The notes beneath the pieces were generated by a model. That model ran no database searches. It was not told where the DNA came from and saw only the letters and a program-made list of their open reading frames with translations. A stretch of DNA of 61,764 nucleotides from NCBI GenBank assembly GCA_004553715.1, contig SFKP01000006.1:1-61764 (forward strand), read 5' to 3'. Origin of the DNA: Clostridiales bacterium. GTDB lineage: Bacteria; Bacillota; Clostridia; TANB77; CAG-508. Of the stretch, positions 32,117 through 42,700 are shown in pieces. The first letter of the stretch is position 1. Each line of letters starts with the position of its first letter. A program made the translations under genes and the position numbers.

Positions 32117-33058
32117 ATGAATCAAATTTTATCTACAAATGAGAATAAAAACAACAAAAAACCTGTAGACACAACAAAAGTTATTGTGGTTTTTTGTATA
32201 ATTATAATTACTTTTGGTGCTATTATTTTAGGTAAGAGCCTTTATGAATTATATAAAGAAAGACCTAAAGATGCGACAGTTGAAAAATTAAATAAGCCAG
32301 AAATCGCAATAGAACAAATGGAGGATGGCAAAATTAGAATTGTAGCAAAATATGATCAAGGACTTACACAATTATCATACATTTGGAACGAGACAAATAA
32401 AACAGATATTAATTTAGAAGGACAAACATATATAGAAAAATTAATTGATTTGCCAGAAGGTGCAATCAATAAATTAGAAGTAATAGCTATAGGTACAGAT
32501 GCACAAACAGAAAATTTTATAAGAGAATTTGAACAACAAGGAGATACTATTAATCCAGAAATAGATTGGGTAATTTCAACAAAATTAAAGATAATGGCAA
32601 CAGATGAAACAGAATTAGCATATGTAAGTTATAAATGGAATGAAGAAGAAGAAACTATAATAAAACCAACAACCGATTTAAAAACAATAGAAGAAACAAT
32701 AGAAATAAAAAGAGGAACAAATTCACTAACTATTAAAGCAGTAGATACTTCTGGCAATATAGCAACAAAAACAAGAACATTCCAAGGAATTAATGAACCA
32801 GAAATCACTTGGAGAAAATATGGAAATATTGTAGCAATTACAGTTGTACATGATATGGGATTTGAGAAAATCACATTAATTATAAATGGTAAAGAGACTG
32901 TTTATGATGAAAATAGTTCAGAATATGATTTATCTCAGACAGAAATAATATTAAAAGCTCCAATACAAGTTGGAGAAAATACAATTGTAGTTAAGGCAAA
33001 AAGTAAAGAAGGATCAGAGAAAAAACTAGAAGGTAAAACAACTTATAATCCACAATAA
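32117..33058 (+). CDS. type II membrane protein with three tandem ~75-aa beta-rich (Ig-like) repeats, function unknown
   Basis: N-terminal TM VIVVFCIIIITFGAIILG. Internal repeats marked by LSYIWNE / VSYKWNE / ITLIINGKE. AAGGAAG RBS. Confidence 0.6.
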   Translation: MNQILSTNENKNNKKPVDTTKVIVVFCIIIITFGAIILGKSLYELYKERPKDATVEKLNKPEIAIEQMEDGKIRIVAKYDQGLTQLSYIWNETNKTDINLEGQTYIEKLIDLPEGAINKLEVIAIGTDAQTENFIREFEQQGDTINPEIDWVISTKLKIMATDETELAYVSYKWNEEEETIIKPTTDLKTIEETIEIKRGTNSLTIKAVDTSGNIATKTRTFQGINEPEITWRKYGNIVAITVVHDMGFEKITLIINGKETVYDENSSEYDLSQTEIILKAPIQVGENTIVVKAKSKEGSEKKLEGKTTYNPQ

Positions 33059-33082
33059 TTACAAAAGATAGGAGAACATAAT

Positions 33083-34021
33083 ATGATACAAGATATTTAT
33101 ATTATAGAAGATACTAATATATTGTCAAAAGAATTGATGAAGATTTTCAATGTAGAAAATAATGGATTCAAAATAAGACAAATTAATTCTAATAGTATTG
33201 ATATAATATTTAAAGAAATACCAGAATTAATATTAATTGATGAAGATAATATCAGTATACCTATAGAGAGATTATGTGGTGAAATAAGAGGCAATGAAGA
33301 TAACAATATAACACCAATAATAGTATATTCTTCTAATGAAGATAGGGAGCATAAATTAAAAATAGCAAAATGTGTTGTAGAGATTTTTATAGAAAAATCA
33401 ATGGGAATAGAATATTTGGCAAGAATAGTAAAAAACATGCTACGACTTTTATCTGTAAATAGAACAGTTAGTCCACTTACAGGACTTCCAGGAAATGTTC
33501 AAATACAAACAGAGTTAAAAAGAAGATTATTAAAAAGAGAACCATTTAGAGTATTATATTTCGATTTAGATAATTTTAAGGCATATAATGATATCTATGG
33601 ATTTTTAAAAGGTGATGAAATAATTAAATTTACTGCAAGAACTATTATAAAATATGTTCATAAAATAGATGATGGGGAAACCTTTGTAGGTCATATTGGT
33701 GGAGATGATTTTGTAGCAATTATTGATGGAGAGTCAGACTATGACAATATTTGCCAATGTATAATAGCAGAATTCGATAATGAAATATTAAAATATTTTA
33801 ATGATGAAGATATAGAAAAAGGTTACTTAGAAGTGGAAAATAGAAAAGGAGTAATAGAAGAGTTTCCATTAACATCTCTTTCAATAGGAGTAGTTGTTGC
33901 AGATAGAAAAAGGTTTTCCAATATATTAGAAATAGGAGAAGTAGGGGCACAAGTAAAGCATTTAGCAAAATCAACGCCAGGAAGTTGCTATGCAATAAAT
34001 AGGAGAGATTTAGAGATTTAA
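33083..34021 (+). CDS. receiver-like domain fused to a GGDEF-family domain with a GGDDF signature
   Basis: N-terminal CheY-like pattern (YIIEDT, LILIDED, IIVYSS). C-terminal LTGLPGN...YFDLDNFKAYND...HIGGDDFVAI. Confidence 0.75.
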   Translation: MIQDIYIIEDTNILSKELMKIFNVENNGFKIRQINSNSIDIIFKEIPELILIDEDNISIPIERLCGEIRGNEDNNITPIIVYSSNEDREHKLKIAKCVVEIFIEKSMGIEYLARIVKNMLRLLSVNRTVSPLTGLPGNVQIQTELKRRLLKREPFRVLYFDLDNFKAYNDIYGFLKGDEIIKFTARTIIKYVHKIDDGETFVGHIGGDDFVAIIDGESDYDNICQCIIAEFDNEILKYFNDEDIEKGYLEVENRKGVIEEFPLTSLSIGVVVADRKRFSNILEIGEVGAQVKHLAKSTPGSCYAINRRDLEI

Positions 34022-34127
34022 GAAAAAGATCTTCGCTTTTAAATTAATTTAGATATAAAAAATAATAATCATAAAGGTCTTATTTTATAATATAGTTTTA
34101 TAAGAAATATATTTAAGGGGGATTTTT

Positions 34128-34252
34128 ATGATTATTTTAAAAAAGAAAAGACTTTATATGATTATTGTAGGGATATTTGTAGCAGTTGGAATATTAGAAA
34201 TAGGAATAACAAGAAATAATCAAACAAAGTAATAGTAATTGATGCAGGACAT
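34128..34252 (+). pseudogene. 5-prime remnant of a CwlD-like N-acetylmuramoyl-L-alanine amidase (frameshifted, truncated after DAGH)
   Basis: MIILKKKRLYMIIVGIFVAVGILEIGITRNNQTK* in one frame, then KVIVIDAGH in another (GAT GCA GGA CAT at 34241-34252). Amidase_3 proteins begin TM - short linker - (I/V)xxDxGHGG. Similarity stops after GH. Confidence 0.45.
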
Positions 34253-34349
34253 CCGAGATACCTGTTAACAAGGTAAAATAAAAATTAAATAAAATGCTAG
34301 AGCTGACTTGATGTTGGCTCTTTTTACTTGGGGAAAAGGAGGGAAACAA

Positions 34350-34661
34350 ATGCAAAAAGATGATTCAATAAAAACATTAGAAGAATTGCAGAATGGAATG
34401 TTTTGTAGTATAGGACTACCATTAACTAATTCAATGAAAAGTGATGTAACAGCAATGTATTTAGGTAAAGACAAAGATGGAAGATATAATTTCTTTGATG
34501 GTGGAGGTGCTTGTGGTACTTTTAAATTATCAGAGAAATTTATTAGAGAAAAAAACATAGAGATAACGAAACAATTTGATGAAGAAAAAACTTTTGAATT
34601 ATATCAAGAATTAAATAAAAAAACAGATAGAATAAAACAAAAAGATAGAAATAGCAGATAA
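34350..34661 (+). CDS. hypothetical small protein (103 aa)
   Basis: AAGGAGGG RBS 6 nt before ATG 34350. No recognisable motif. Confidence 0.5.
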   Translation: MQKDDSIKTLEELQNGMFCSIGLPLTNSMKSDVTAMYLGKDKDGRYNFFDGGGACGTFKLSEKFIREKNIEITKQFDEEKTFELYQELNKKTDRIKQKDRNSR

Positions 34662-34695
34662 GCGAGTTGTAAATAGACAATTCGTTTTTTATTTT
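34662..34695 (+). terminator. probable terminator
   Basis: CGAGTTGT/ACAATTCG hairpin followed by TTTTTTATTTTT. Confidence 0.5.
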
Positions 34696-34716
34696 TAACG
34701 AGGGGAGGCAGAAAAA

Positions 34717-35541
34717 ATGTCAAAAACTAAAATAATAGCTATTGCAAATCAAAAAGGTGGAGTAGGTAAAACAACAACAGCATTAAATTTAGGGGTAGGA
34801 CTTGTTAATAATGGGAAAAAAGTATTGCTAATTGATGCAGATCCACAAGGCGATTTAACAACTTGTTTAGGTTGGGACAGACAAGATGAATTAGATAAGT
34901 CTTTAGCAAATGTATTAGAAAAAGTAATAAAAGATATTCCATTAGAAGAAAATGAAGCTATTTTACATCATAAAGAGGGTGTTGATTTAGTGCCATCAAA
35001 TATTGATTTGGAAACAATAGAACTTGGACTTGTAAATATTATGAGCAGAGAATTTATATTAAAAAGTTATCTGGAACAAATAAAGGACAAGTATGACTAT
35101 ATAATAATTGATTGCAGACCATCATTAAGTATGATTACTTTAAATGCTTTAGCAAGTGCAGACAGTGTAATTATACCAGTACAGGCACATTACTTATCAG
35201 CTAAAGGTATGACACAGTTAATACAAACCATAAATAATGTAAGAAAACGAATAAACCCTAATTTAAAAATTGATGGAGTTTTGATTACACTTGCAGATAT
35301 GCAGACAAGAGTAGCAAAAACCACATTAGAAACTTTACAAAGCAATTATGGTGGTAAAATAAAAATTTATAACACTATTATTCCACAAGGAGTTAAGGCA
35401 GTAGAGGGAACAATGGCAGGAAAGAGTTTATATACTTATGATAAAAATAGTAAACCAGCAATTGCTTATGAAAATTTTTGCAAGGAGGTATTGAAAGATG
35501 AAAAACAAAGAACTAAAAATGAATTTGATAAGTGCAGATGA
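34717..35541 (+). CDS. parA: ParA/Soj-family partition ATPase
   Basis: Deviant Walker A NQKGGVGKTTT, 274 aa, GGGGAGG RBS. Confidence 0.92.
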   Translation: MSKTKIIAIANQKGGVGKTTTALNLGVGLVNNGKKVLLIDADPQGDLTTCLGWDRQDELDKSLANVLEKVIKDIPLEENEAILHHKEGVDLVPSNIDLETIELGLVNIMSREFILKSYLEQIKDKYDYIIIDCRPSLSMITLNALASADSVIIPVQAHYLSAKGMTQLIQTINNVRKRINPNLKIDGVLITLADMQTRVAKTTLETLQSNYGGKIKIYNTIIPQGVKAVEGTMAGKSLYTYDKNSKPAIAYENFCKEVLKDEKQRTKNEFDKCR

Positions 35542-36437
35542 TTTATTTGAACCAGTTGCACGGCAAAGATATTTTAAATATAGAAAAATCAATACCAATA
35601 CCTATTGAGAAATTATTTCCTTTTCCAAATCACCCATTTCAAGTAAATAATGATGAAAAAATGGAAGAAATGGCAAAAACTATAAAGGAAAGTGGAGTTT
35701 CTACACCTTTAATAGTAAGACCAAGACCAGATGGAAATTATGAAATAATATCAGGACATAGAAGAAAATTTGCAAGTGAACTTGCAGAATTAAAAGAAGT
35801 ACCATGTATTATAAGAAACCTTACAGAAGATGAGGCAGTAATAGAAATGGTAAATAGTAATATGCAAAGAGAAAAAATACTACCAAGCGAGAAAGCATTT
35901 GCATATAAAATGAAATTAGAAGCACAGAAACATCAAGGAAAAAGGACTGATACAACTTTGTCGCAAGTTGCGACGAAGTCAGAAAAAAGTACAGCTGAAA
36001 AAATAGGAAATGAGTTTGGAGAAAGTAAAGATACAGTATATAGATATATACGATTAACTGAACTTATACCAGAATTATTAAAGTTAGTTGATGAAGATAG
36101 AATAGCATTTACACCAGCAGTTGATATTTCATATCTTACTGAAGATGAACAATATGTATTGCTTAATATTTATGACTATGATGAGAAAACTCCAACTGTA
36201 CCACAAACTAGACATTTAAAAATGTTAAGTCAAGAGGGAAAACTTACAGCAGACAAAATTGAAGAAATAATGCAGGAGAAAAAAACTAATCAAGTTGAAA
36301 AAATGAAATTAGATAAGGAAAGAATAAGAAAGCTACTCCCAAAACATATAATAACAGACAAACAAGCAGAAGATTTTATTGCAAAATGTATTGAAGAACA
36401 CAATGAAAGAGAGAGGAGAAAGGCATTAGTGAGATAA
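35498..36437 (+). CDS. parB: ParB-family protein of the plasmid/ICE type, apparent 5-prime frameshift
   Basis: NHPFQV...ISGHRRKFAS...NSNMQREKILPSEKAFAYKMKLEAQKHQGKRTD. A strong RBS (AAGGAGG) and ATG at 35498 open a frame (MKNKELKMNLISADDLFEPV...) that stops at ~35603. The ParB body is in the +1 frame, open from 35532. Confidence 0.8.
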
Positions 36438-36757
36438 GGGAAAAGTGTGTCTAAAATGTGGGAGTAATTTTTTAAAAATTCCCCCTTACAAACCCCTTTT
36501 AAATACTAGCTATAACTAACTGAAAAGAATATATAATAATATAAATATAATATAAAGCAAAAATAAATTTGCACATTTGTCTAATTCATAATACCAGACT
36601 AAAATGGAATTAGATAGGAGTGATGAAAGATGAAAAAGATTTTAAAGTTTTTTGGAGTTTTAATAATTGCAAATATAAAAAAAATAATAATAAAGTATTG
36701 TAAATAAAAAAGAATATGTTATTATAAATATATAAACAAAAGAAAAAGGAGAAGAAA

Positions 36758-37886
36758 ATGAAATTAAAAATAAAAGATAGAATAAAAAAACAACAAGGTA
36801 TTACATTAATAGCTTTAATAATTACTATAATAATAATGTTAATACTATTAACAGTAAGTGTAACTTCAACAAAGGATGGAAAAATATTTGAAATGGCAAA
36901 AACTGCTGTAGATAAAGTTGGTGATACAGCAGAGCTAGAACAAAACATGGTTAGTGGACTAATACAAGGTGACTGCAAACATAAATGGGGAGAGTGGCAA
37001 ATAATTGAAGTTGCAACTTGTATTAAAGAAGGTAGCAAAAAAAAGAGTGTGTGAAAAATGCGAAAAAATAGAGATAGATTCAGAACCAAGAGCTGCTCAT
37101 ACATATAATGAAAGCAATATTTGTACAGTATGTGGGGAGAATGGCCCGATCGTCGGAGATTATATAATATATACACCACAAGAAGGTGTATATAAAGTAG
37201 GACAAGCATCATCTGGGTATGGGGAAGTAGGTAGTATACAGGAATTTAAAACACAAGTAACAGATGAAGAAGACTTATATACAAAATTAAATTATGCAAA
37301 TACAGATTTTTATACAAAATTTTCTCGGAAATGTGAAAATTAAATTAAATGATCAAACAAAAACTTTATATCCAGCAATTGCTGCAGATGAAGCAGGAAA
37401 TACAGAAACAGGTTTGCTAGAAGGAGCGTTAACATGGTGTGATAAAGTTGGAGATAGAGTAAAAGATGAGAATGGTGTTTCTAAATATGAAGCATACTCA
37501 GGGTATTTAGATGCAAAAAATTCTGAAAATACTATATGGGCACATGCTCTTTGGGAACAATTAGCTCTGGGAAATTCAATTATGTATAAAAAAATTTGGG
37601 CATAAATAATGCACCAGTAGGTATGCTTTCTAATAGTTCTGGTTATTTAATAGCAACAAGATGTTGTGTGCATGCATATAGTGGTAGTGATAGAGTACCT
37701 CAATGGGGATTAATATATGCAAAAGCACTTACGTTTAATGGCAATTTGTTTAATGCGAGTGGTAGAGCAAGTGTTATGACATATAGTGCTTGTCCAATTG
37801 TTGAAATGCCAAATACAAACATAAAATTATTTAAGGATACATCATCAACCACATCGAAAACAATTTGGAACATAGAAACTAATTAA
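36758..37886 (+). pseudogene. pilin-like (prepilin-type N-terminus) exported protein, interrupted by three frameshifts
   Basis: KKQQG/ITLIALIITIIIMLIL N-terminus. Four consecutive overlapping ORFs (36758, 37005, 37294, 37596) read as one ~375-aa protein. Frame changes fall at an A8 run (~37035), a T5/A4T4 tract (~37305) and an A7 run (~37590). Confidence 0.65.
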
Positions 37887-38024
37887 CATAAAAAACCTTA
37901 TTCACCGCTAATAACAGCAGAAACGAGGTTTTCTTTAAAAATATTGAATATTAAATAATGCTATGATATAATTTTTTATATTATAGTTTATATAAGATTG
38001 ATATATAAAAGAAGGATGAAAAGT

Positions 38025-38150
38025 ATGGAAAATAATTTAAAAGACTTATCAAGTAAAGAAATAATTGAAATGTATTCTAAAAATAGAAACTTCATTAATT
38101 TCTTAGACAAAGAAATTAAAAACATGGAGAAAACGAGGGATGAGAAATGA
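38025..38150 (+). CDS. small ORF (41 aa), translationally coupled (ATGA) to the next gene
   Basis: AAGGATGA RBS-like sequence before ATG 38025. Its stop TGA 38148-38150 overlaps ATG 38147 of the downstream ORF. Confidence 0.4.
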   Translation: MENNLKDLSSKEIIEMYSKNRNFINFLDKEIKNMEKTRDEK

Positions 38151-39709
38151 ACAATTTAGAAGAACTTAATTCAAAAATAAAATTGAATATAGAAAATTTA
38201 GATATACTTCCAAAAAACAATAAAAAGAATATCAATATTTATATAAAAAAACTAGAAGAACTAAAAAAAGAAGCTGAAGAATATCAAGAGAAAATAATAA
38301 GAGAAATGGAAAAAAGATTAAAAAAAGCAACAAGTGTAGAAAAAAATCCAGAAATAGATGTAAGCCTTCAGAAAATTACAAATAATGAAGGTGTATTATA
38401 TTTATTAAACGATATAGATACATCTTATGAAAAAATGGACTTAGATAGAGCAATGTTTAATTTAAAACATTACTATAAAAAGAATTTAGAAATAGTAAAT
38501 GAAACAATATTATATTGTATAAAGAAGTTCGAAGAAGTAGGGATTGAGCTAGAATTATCAGATTTTGACTATAGTGAATACGTACAACAATATCTAAATG
38601 TATTTTTTTATGAAATGGAAGAAGAGAATATAAACTCAAACAGGATAAAGAGTAAGTTTGAAGAGATATATTGGAGATGCCCTGAATTAATAATACATAT
38701 TGTTTTAAACATCAGATATTTATATGAAAAAAACAAAAAAGAGATTGATAAATATTACGAAAAACAAAAAAGGATGTTAATAAAAAATTTCACACCAGAA
38801 GAAATAATGGAAAGATTTGTAGATTTGAAAAAACAATTAAACATAGAAATAAGTAGTGACAAAGCTACCATTATAAATAAATTCATCAGTGGAGAGCTAA
38901 ATATTAAAGATTATAAAGAAAAAGCTATAATAGATGTTTATTCAAAACTTATTTCAAATAGCGAAATAGATTTAAAAGATATTAACAAAATGGATGAAAT
39001 AGATTTAAATATAGAGAAGTTATTACATACTTTATATGAATACAAAGAATATTTACAATTTAAATTTATAATAGATGATGTTAAGAAAATATATCAAGAA
39101 AAAGATAAATATAAAAATGCATATATTCAAACAAAAAAAGAAATAGATAAAAAAGAGAAAAAGAGAATAAGTTTAAATAGCAAGATAAATAAAAAAGGAA
39201 TATTTCAAAAGTCAAATGAAAAGCATATAGACCAAATGAATGAGCTAATTGTAGAGCTAAAACAAAACTACAAGGAATTAGATAAAAATAAAGTATATGA
39301 CAAAATTGCAAAAGAATTAAACAATAACTCTACATTAAAAGATGTGTTAACATTGGCAAGTTGTTTTTATGAATACTTATTTGTTTGTATTCGTAATAAT
39401 AATAAAGATATGGAAGAACAAGAAATAGAAAAAGTGATTGCTGACTTAAAAGCATTTCTATTATATCCATATAACACAATAATTAATAATATAAAAATAT
39501 TAGAAGAAAAAGACATTATGATAATAATAAAAGACAGATATAGACTTTTAGATATTAATATTTTAAAAGAAGATCTAAATGAAGAAAACTTAGATTCATT
39601 AATAGAAATAGCAGAAAAGATTACAATAGCACACAATATCAGAAAAAATAAAATTGATTTAGAAGAGATAGAAATGGCATTTGAATTCAAAAAAATATTA
39701 AATAAATAA
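38147..39709 (+). CDS. hypothetical cytoplasmic K/E-rich coiled-coil protein (520 aa)
   Basis: Long ORF with no signal peptide and no motif I recognise. Confidence 0.6.
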   Translation: MNNLEELNSKIKLNIENLDILPKNNKKNINIYIKKLEELKKEAEEYQEKIIREMEKRLKKATSVEKNPEIDVSLQKITNNEGVLYLLNDIDTSYEKMDLDRAMFNLKHYYKKNLEIVNETILYCIKKFEEVGIELELSDFDYSEYVQQYLNVFFYEMEEENINSNRIKSKFEEIYWRCPELIIHIVLNIRYLYEKNKKEIDKYYEKQKRMLIKNFTPEEIMERFVDLKKQLNIEISSDKATIINKFISGELNIKDYKEKAIIDVYSKLISNSEIDLKDINKMDEIDLNIEKLLHTLYEYKEYLQFKFIIDDVKKIYQEKDKYKNAYIQTKKEIDKKEKKRISLNSKINKKGIFQKSNEKHIDQMNELIVELKQNYKELDKNKVYDKIAKELNNNSTLKDVLTLASCFYEYLFVCIRNNNKDMEEQEIEKVIADLKAFLLYPYNTIINNIKILEEKDIMIIIKDRYRLLDINILKEDLNEENLDSLIEIAEKITIAHNIRKNKIDLEEIEMAFEFKKILNK

Positions 39710-39726
39710 TATGGAGAAATTTCAAA

Positions 39727-42700
39727 ATGAGAAAATTTAATACAAAGAAATTAGTTATAACAGGATTGTTAGCATTATTAATTATAATTGAATTATTAGC
39801 ATTAGGTATTTCTAAGGCAGAAAAAACTAAAGAAATAGAACTTAATGTTTCAGATTACGAAGGCAAACTTAAATCTTGTGCACTAAAAATAAATGCATTT
39901 GATAGTGGAGAGAGTGGCTATTATATAGTATTGCCAGAATTTATAGATGCTAAACAGATAGATAAATATATAATAGAAGAAAAAGCAATTATATCTGAGG
40001 AAAATGAAGAAGAAAACATTATAGAGGAAACGAATAAAGCAGAAAACATCGTAAATGAAACAAGTATAAAAGCTACAACAGAAGGAACTAAAACAGAAAA
40101 AGTTCCAGGAGATGAGTTATATATAACACAAAAAGAGCTTGAAAATCAGAATATATCTTTGCAAGCAATATACAAAACTAAAAATGTGGAAAACAATATT
40201 TTATATAATACAAAATTGGAGCAAGTGTTGGAAAATGAAGGAAAAACAATTACTGTCCAAGGTTATATGCCTTTAAATACAACTATGCAGTTAAATGAAA
40301 TTGCTGAAGAAGCATCTAATATATTGAATAAGGTATCTATAGAAAACTTTATGCTACAGCAAACATATAATATTAAATTGATAAATAATGATGAAGAATA
40401 TGTTTCAAATAGCCAAGAGGACATATATAAAATTATAATTTCTGAAATGGACGAAACTAAGGATTACCAAGTATTTCAAATTGTGAAAAATGTAGAAGAT
40501 GTAGCAACAACTACCACTCAGGAAATAAAATCAGAACTAGTAGAGAAAGGATTAAACTTTAATATCCAGAGTTTTGAGCCTTTTGCAATATTTGAAAGTA
40601 ATCTTACAACTGAAATTCAAGAAGAAACTCAAGAAGAAACAAAAGTTGTAGAAAAGGAAATATCAACAAGAGCAATATCAGCCACTACAAAAACATGGGA
40701 TGGAAGTATAGCAACTTCTTTTAGTATTGGAGAGGGAACTAAGACATATCCATATTTAATATCAACAGGTGCGGAACTTGCATATTTAGCAAGCAAAGTA
40801 AATGCTGGGACAACCTATGAAAACGTGTATTTTCAACTTATAAACAGTATTAACTTAAATGGAATAGAATGGACACCAATTGGAAATATTGCTAACTCTT
40901 TTAGAGGGATATTTGATGGAGCAGGATATACAATATCAAATGCAACAATAACAATTGGGACGATTCCTACAGTATTAACTACCTATGGAATTTTTGGAAG
41001 TATTGGTGGAGGAACAACTAGAACTATTGTAGAGAATGTAGAATTTGATAGTATAAATGTGTCTTTAACAGCAACTACAGGTTCAGGAAGTGCTGCTACT
41101 TCAAGTACAACAACCGATAAAGGATATCACATTGGAATTGTTGCAGGAACAATGTATAAAAACTCTTCTATAATAAATGTTATTGCAAAAAATAGCACAA
41201 TCTCAAATACCCAAAGAATAACATTAGCAAATTCTTATTTTAGAGTTGCAATAGGTGGAATATGTGGAATTGCATTAAATACTTCGTCGAGTGAAACAGA
41301 CCCAGGAGCAGGAGCTAGATATGCTATAGAAAATTGTTATTCAGATGTGGATATAGATATATTAATAAGAGATAATAATGGAAATATGCCTGCTTTCGGA
41401 CAATATGCGACAGGTGGAGTAATTCGGTATTATTCTTTCACAACCTGTGTGGCCAACAAACTGTTTATATACAGGTTCAATTATATCAAGGGGATTTATA
41501 GGCCCAATTTTTGCATATTTAAGAAATGCAACTTCATTTACATCAACAAGTAATTATCCAATATTATGGAATGGAAATGATGCCGGGACATTAACAACTA
41601 ATTGCTATTATAGTGCATATTATGTAGGCGAAGATTCAATTAATGCAAACTCATCAGCAAATTCTATAACCTCAGGTACATCTGATTTATATATTAGTGA
41701 AACTGGTATGGAAGCTGTACAAGGTATAAATAAAGGAACATATATAAGTGATATATCAAGTAGACTATCTTCATTTAATAATTATGCAGGGGATAGATAC
41801 ATTAATTGGCAATATTCTGGCGGAACATTTTATTTAGTGCCAAAGTTTGAAACAAGTATTAATAGTACAAATAAACCAACATATACAGCAGTTGTAAATA
41901 GCTCTTATGGCTCACAACAATATACATATAGATGGTATATAAATAATGTGTTAGATGAGAGTATAACAGGAAACTCTATTACAAAAGAGGCTGATGTAGA
42001 AAATAGTTATGTTATTGATGTTTTGGTAAGTGATGGAAATTATTATGCACTTGCAAGTGTCACCATTCCAAGATTAACAATAGAAATAGAGTTTGATATA
42101 GATGAGGCAAATGATAAAGTGACAGGAACAGTGACTAGTGACTATACTATAATTAATCAGGAAAATTATATATTCCAATGGTATACGATTGATGCTGCAG
42201 GAATTTCATTAGAGGAAATAGAAGGAGAAACTTCTAGAGTTTTAGTAAATTTGGAAGATGGTGTTGAATACAAGCTAATTGCAACTAATAAAAACACCAT
42301 GTCAACTGTAGAGGGTAGTTTTATATATGGAACGAGAACCGTAATATATGTAGATTACACAAATGGAAGAGATAATTATAATACAGGTCTTACTCCTCAA
42401 AGTCCAGTAAGTACTCTTAGCGCAGCTTATGGAAAATTAAGCTATACAGGAACTATAAATACAAATATTATTGTAATAATGGGGACTTATTCAAGCTCAT
42501 TTTTAAATAATGCAAGTTCAACAACATATAATAAAAATGTAACATTTACAGGAATATATGATAATGTTAATTATAATGGGGTTTTATATTTTGAAAGATA
42601 TTCATCTACATACCCATACAAATATTTAACAGCAGATACAGGTTTTCAACATTTAACATTAAGAAGCTCATCAAGCAATTTATACTTATACTTGCAAGGC

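Noticed and set aside
34662-36757. Canonical parS (TGTTNCACGTGAAACA) near parAB
   Set aside because: Not found by eye in the flanking intergenic regions. This is an absence noted without a systematic scan, so it remains unverified.
41447-41553. ATG 41447 as the independent start of a separate 2067-aa gene
   Set aside because: That frame is already open from 41420 with domain-like sequence. There is no RBS or signal peptide at 41447, and the upstream ORF tail looks out-of-frame. A single frameshifted gene is the simpler reading.
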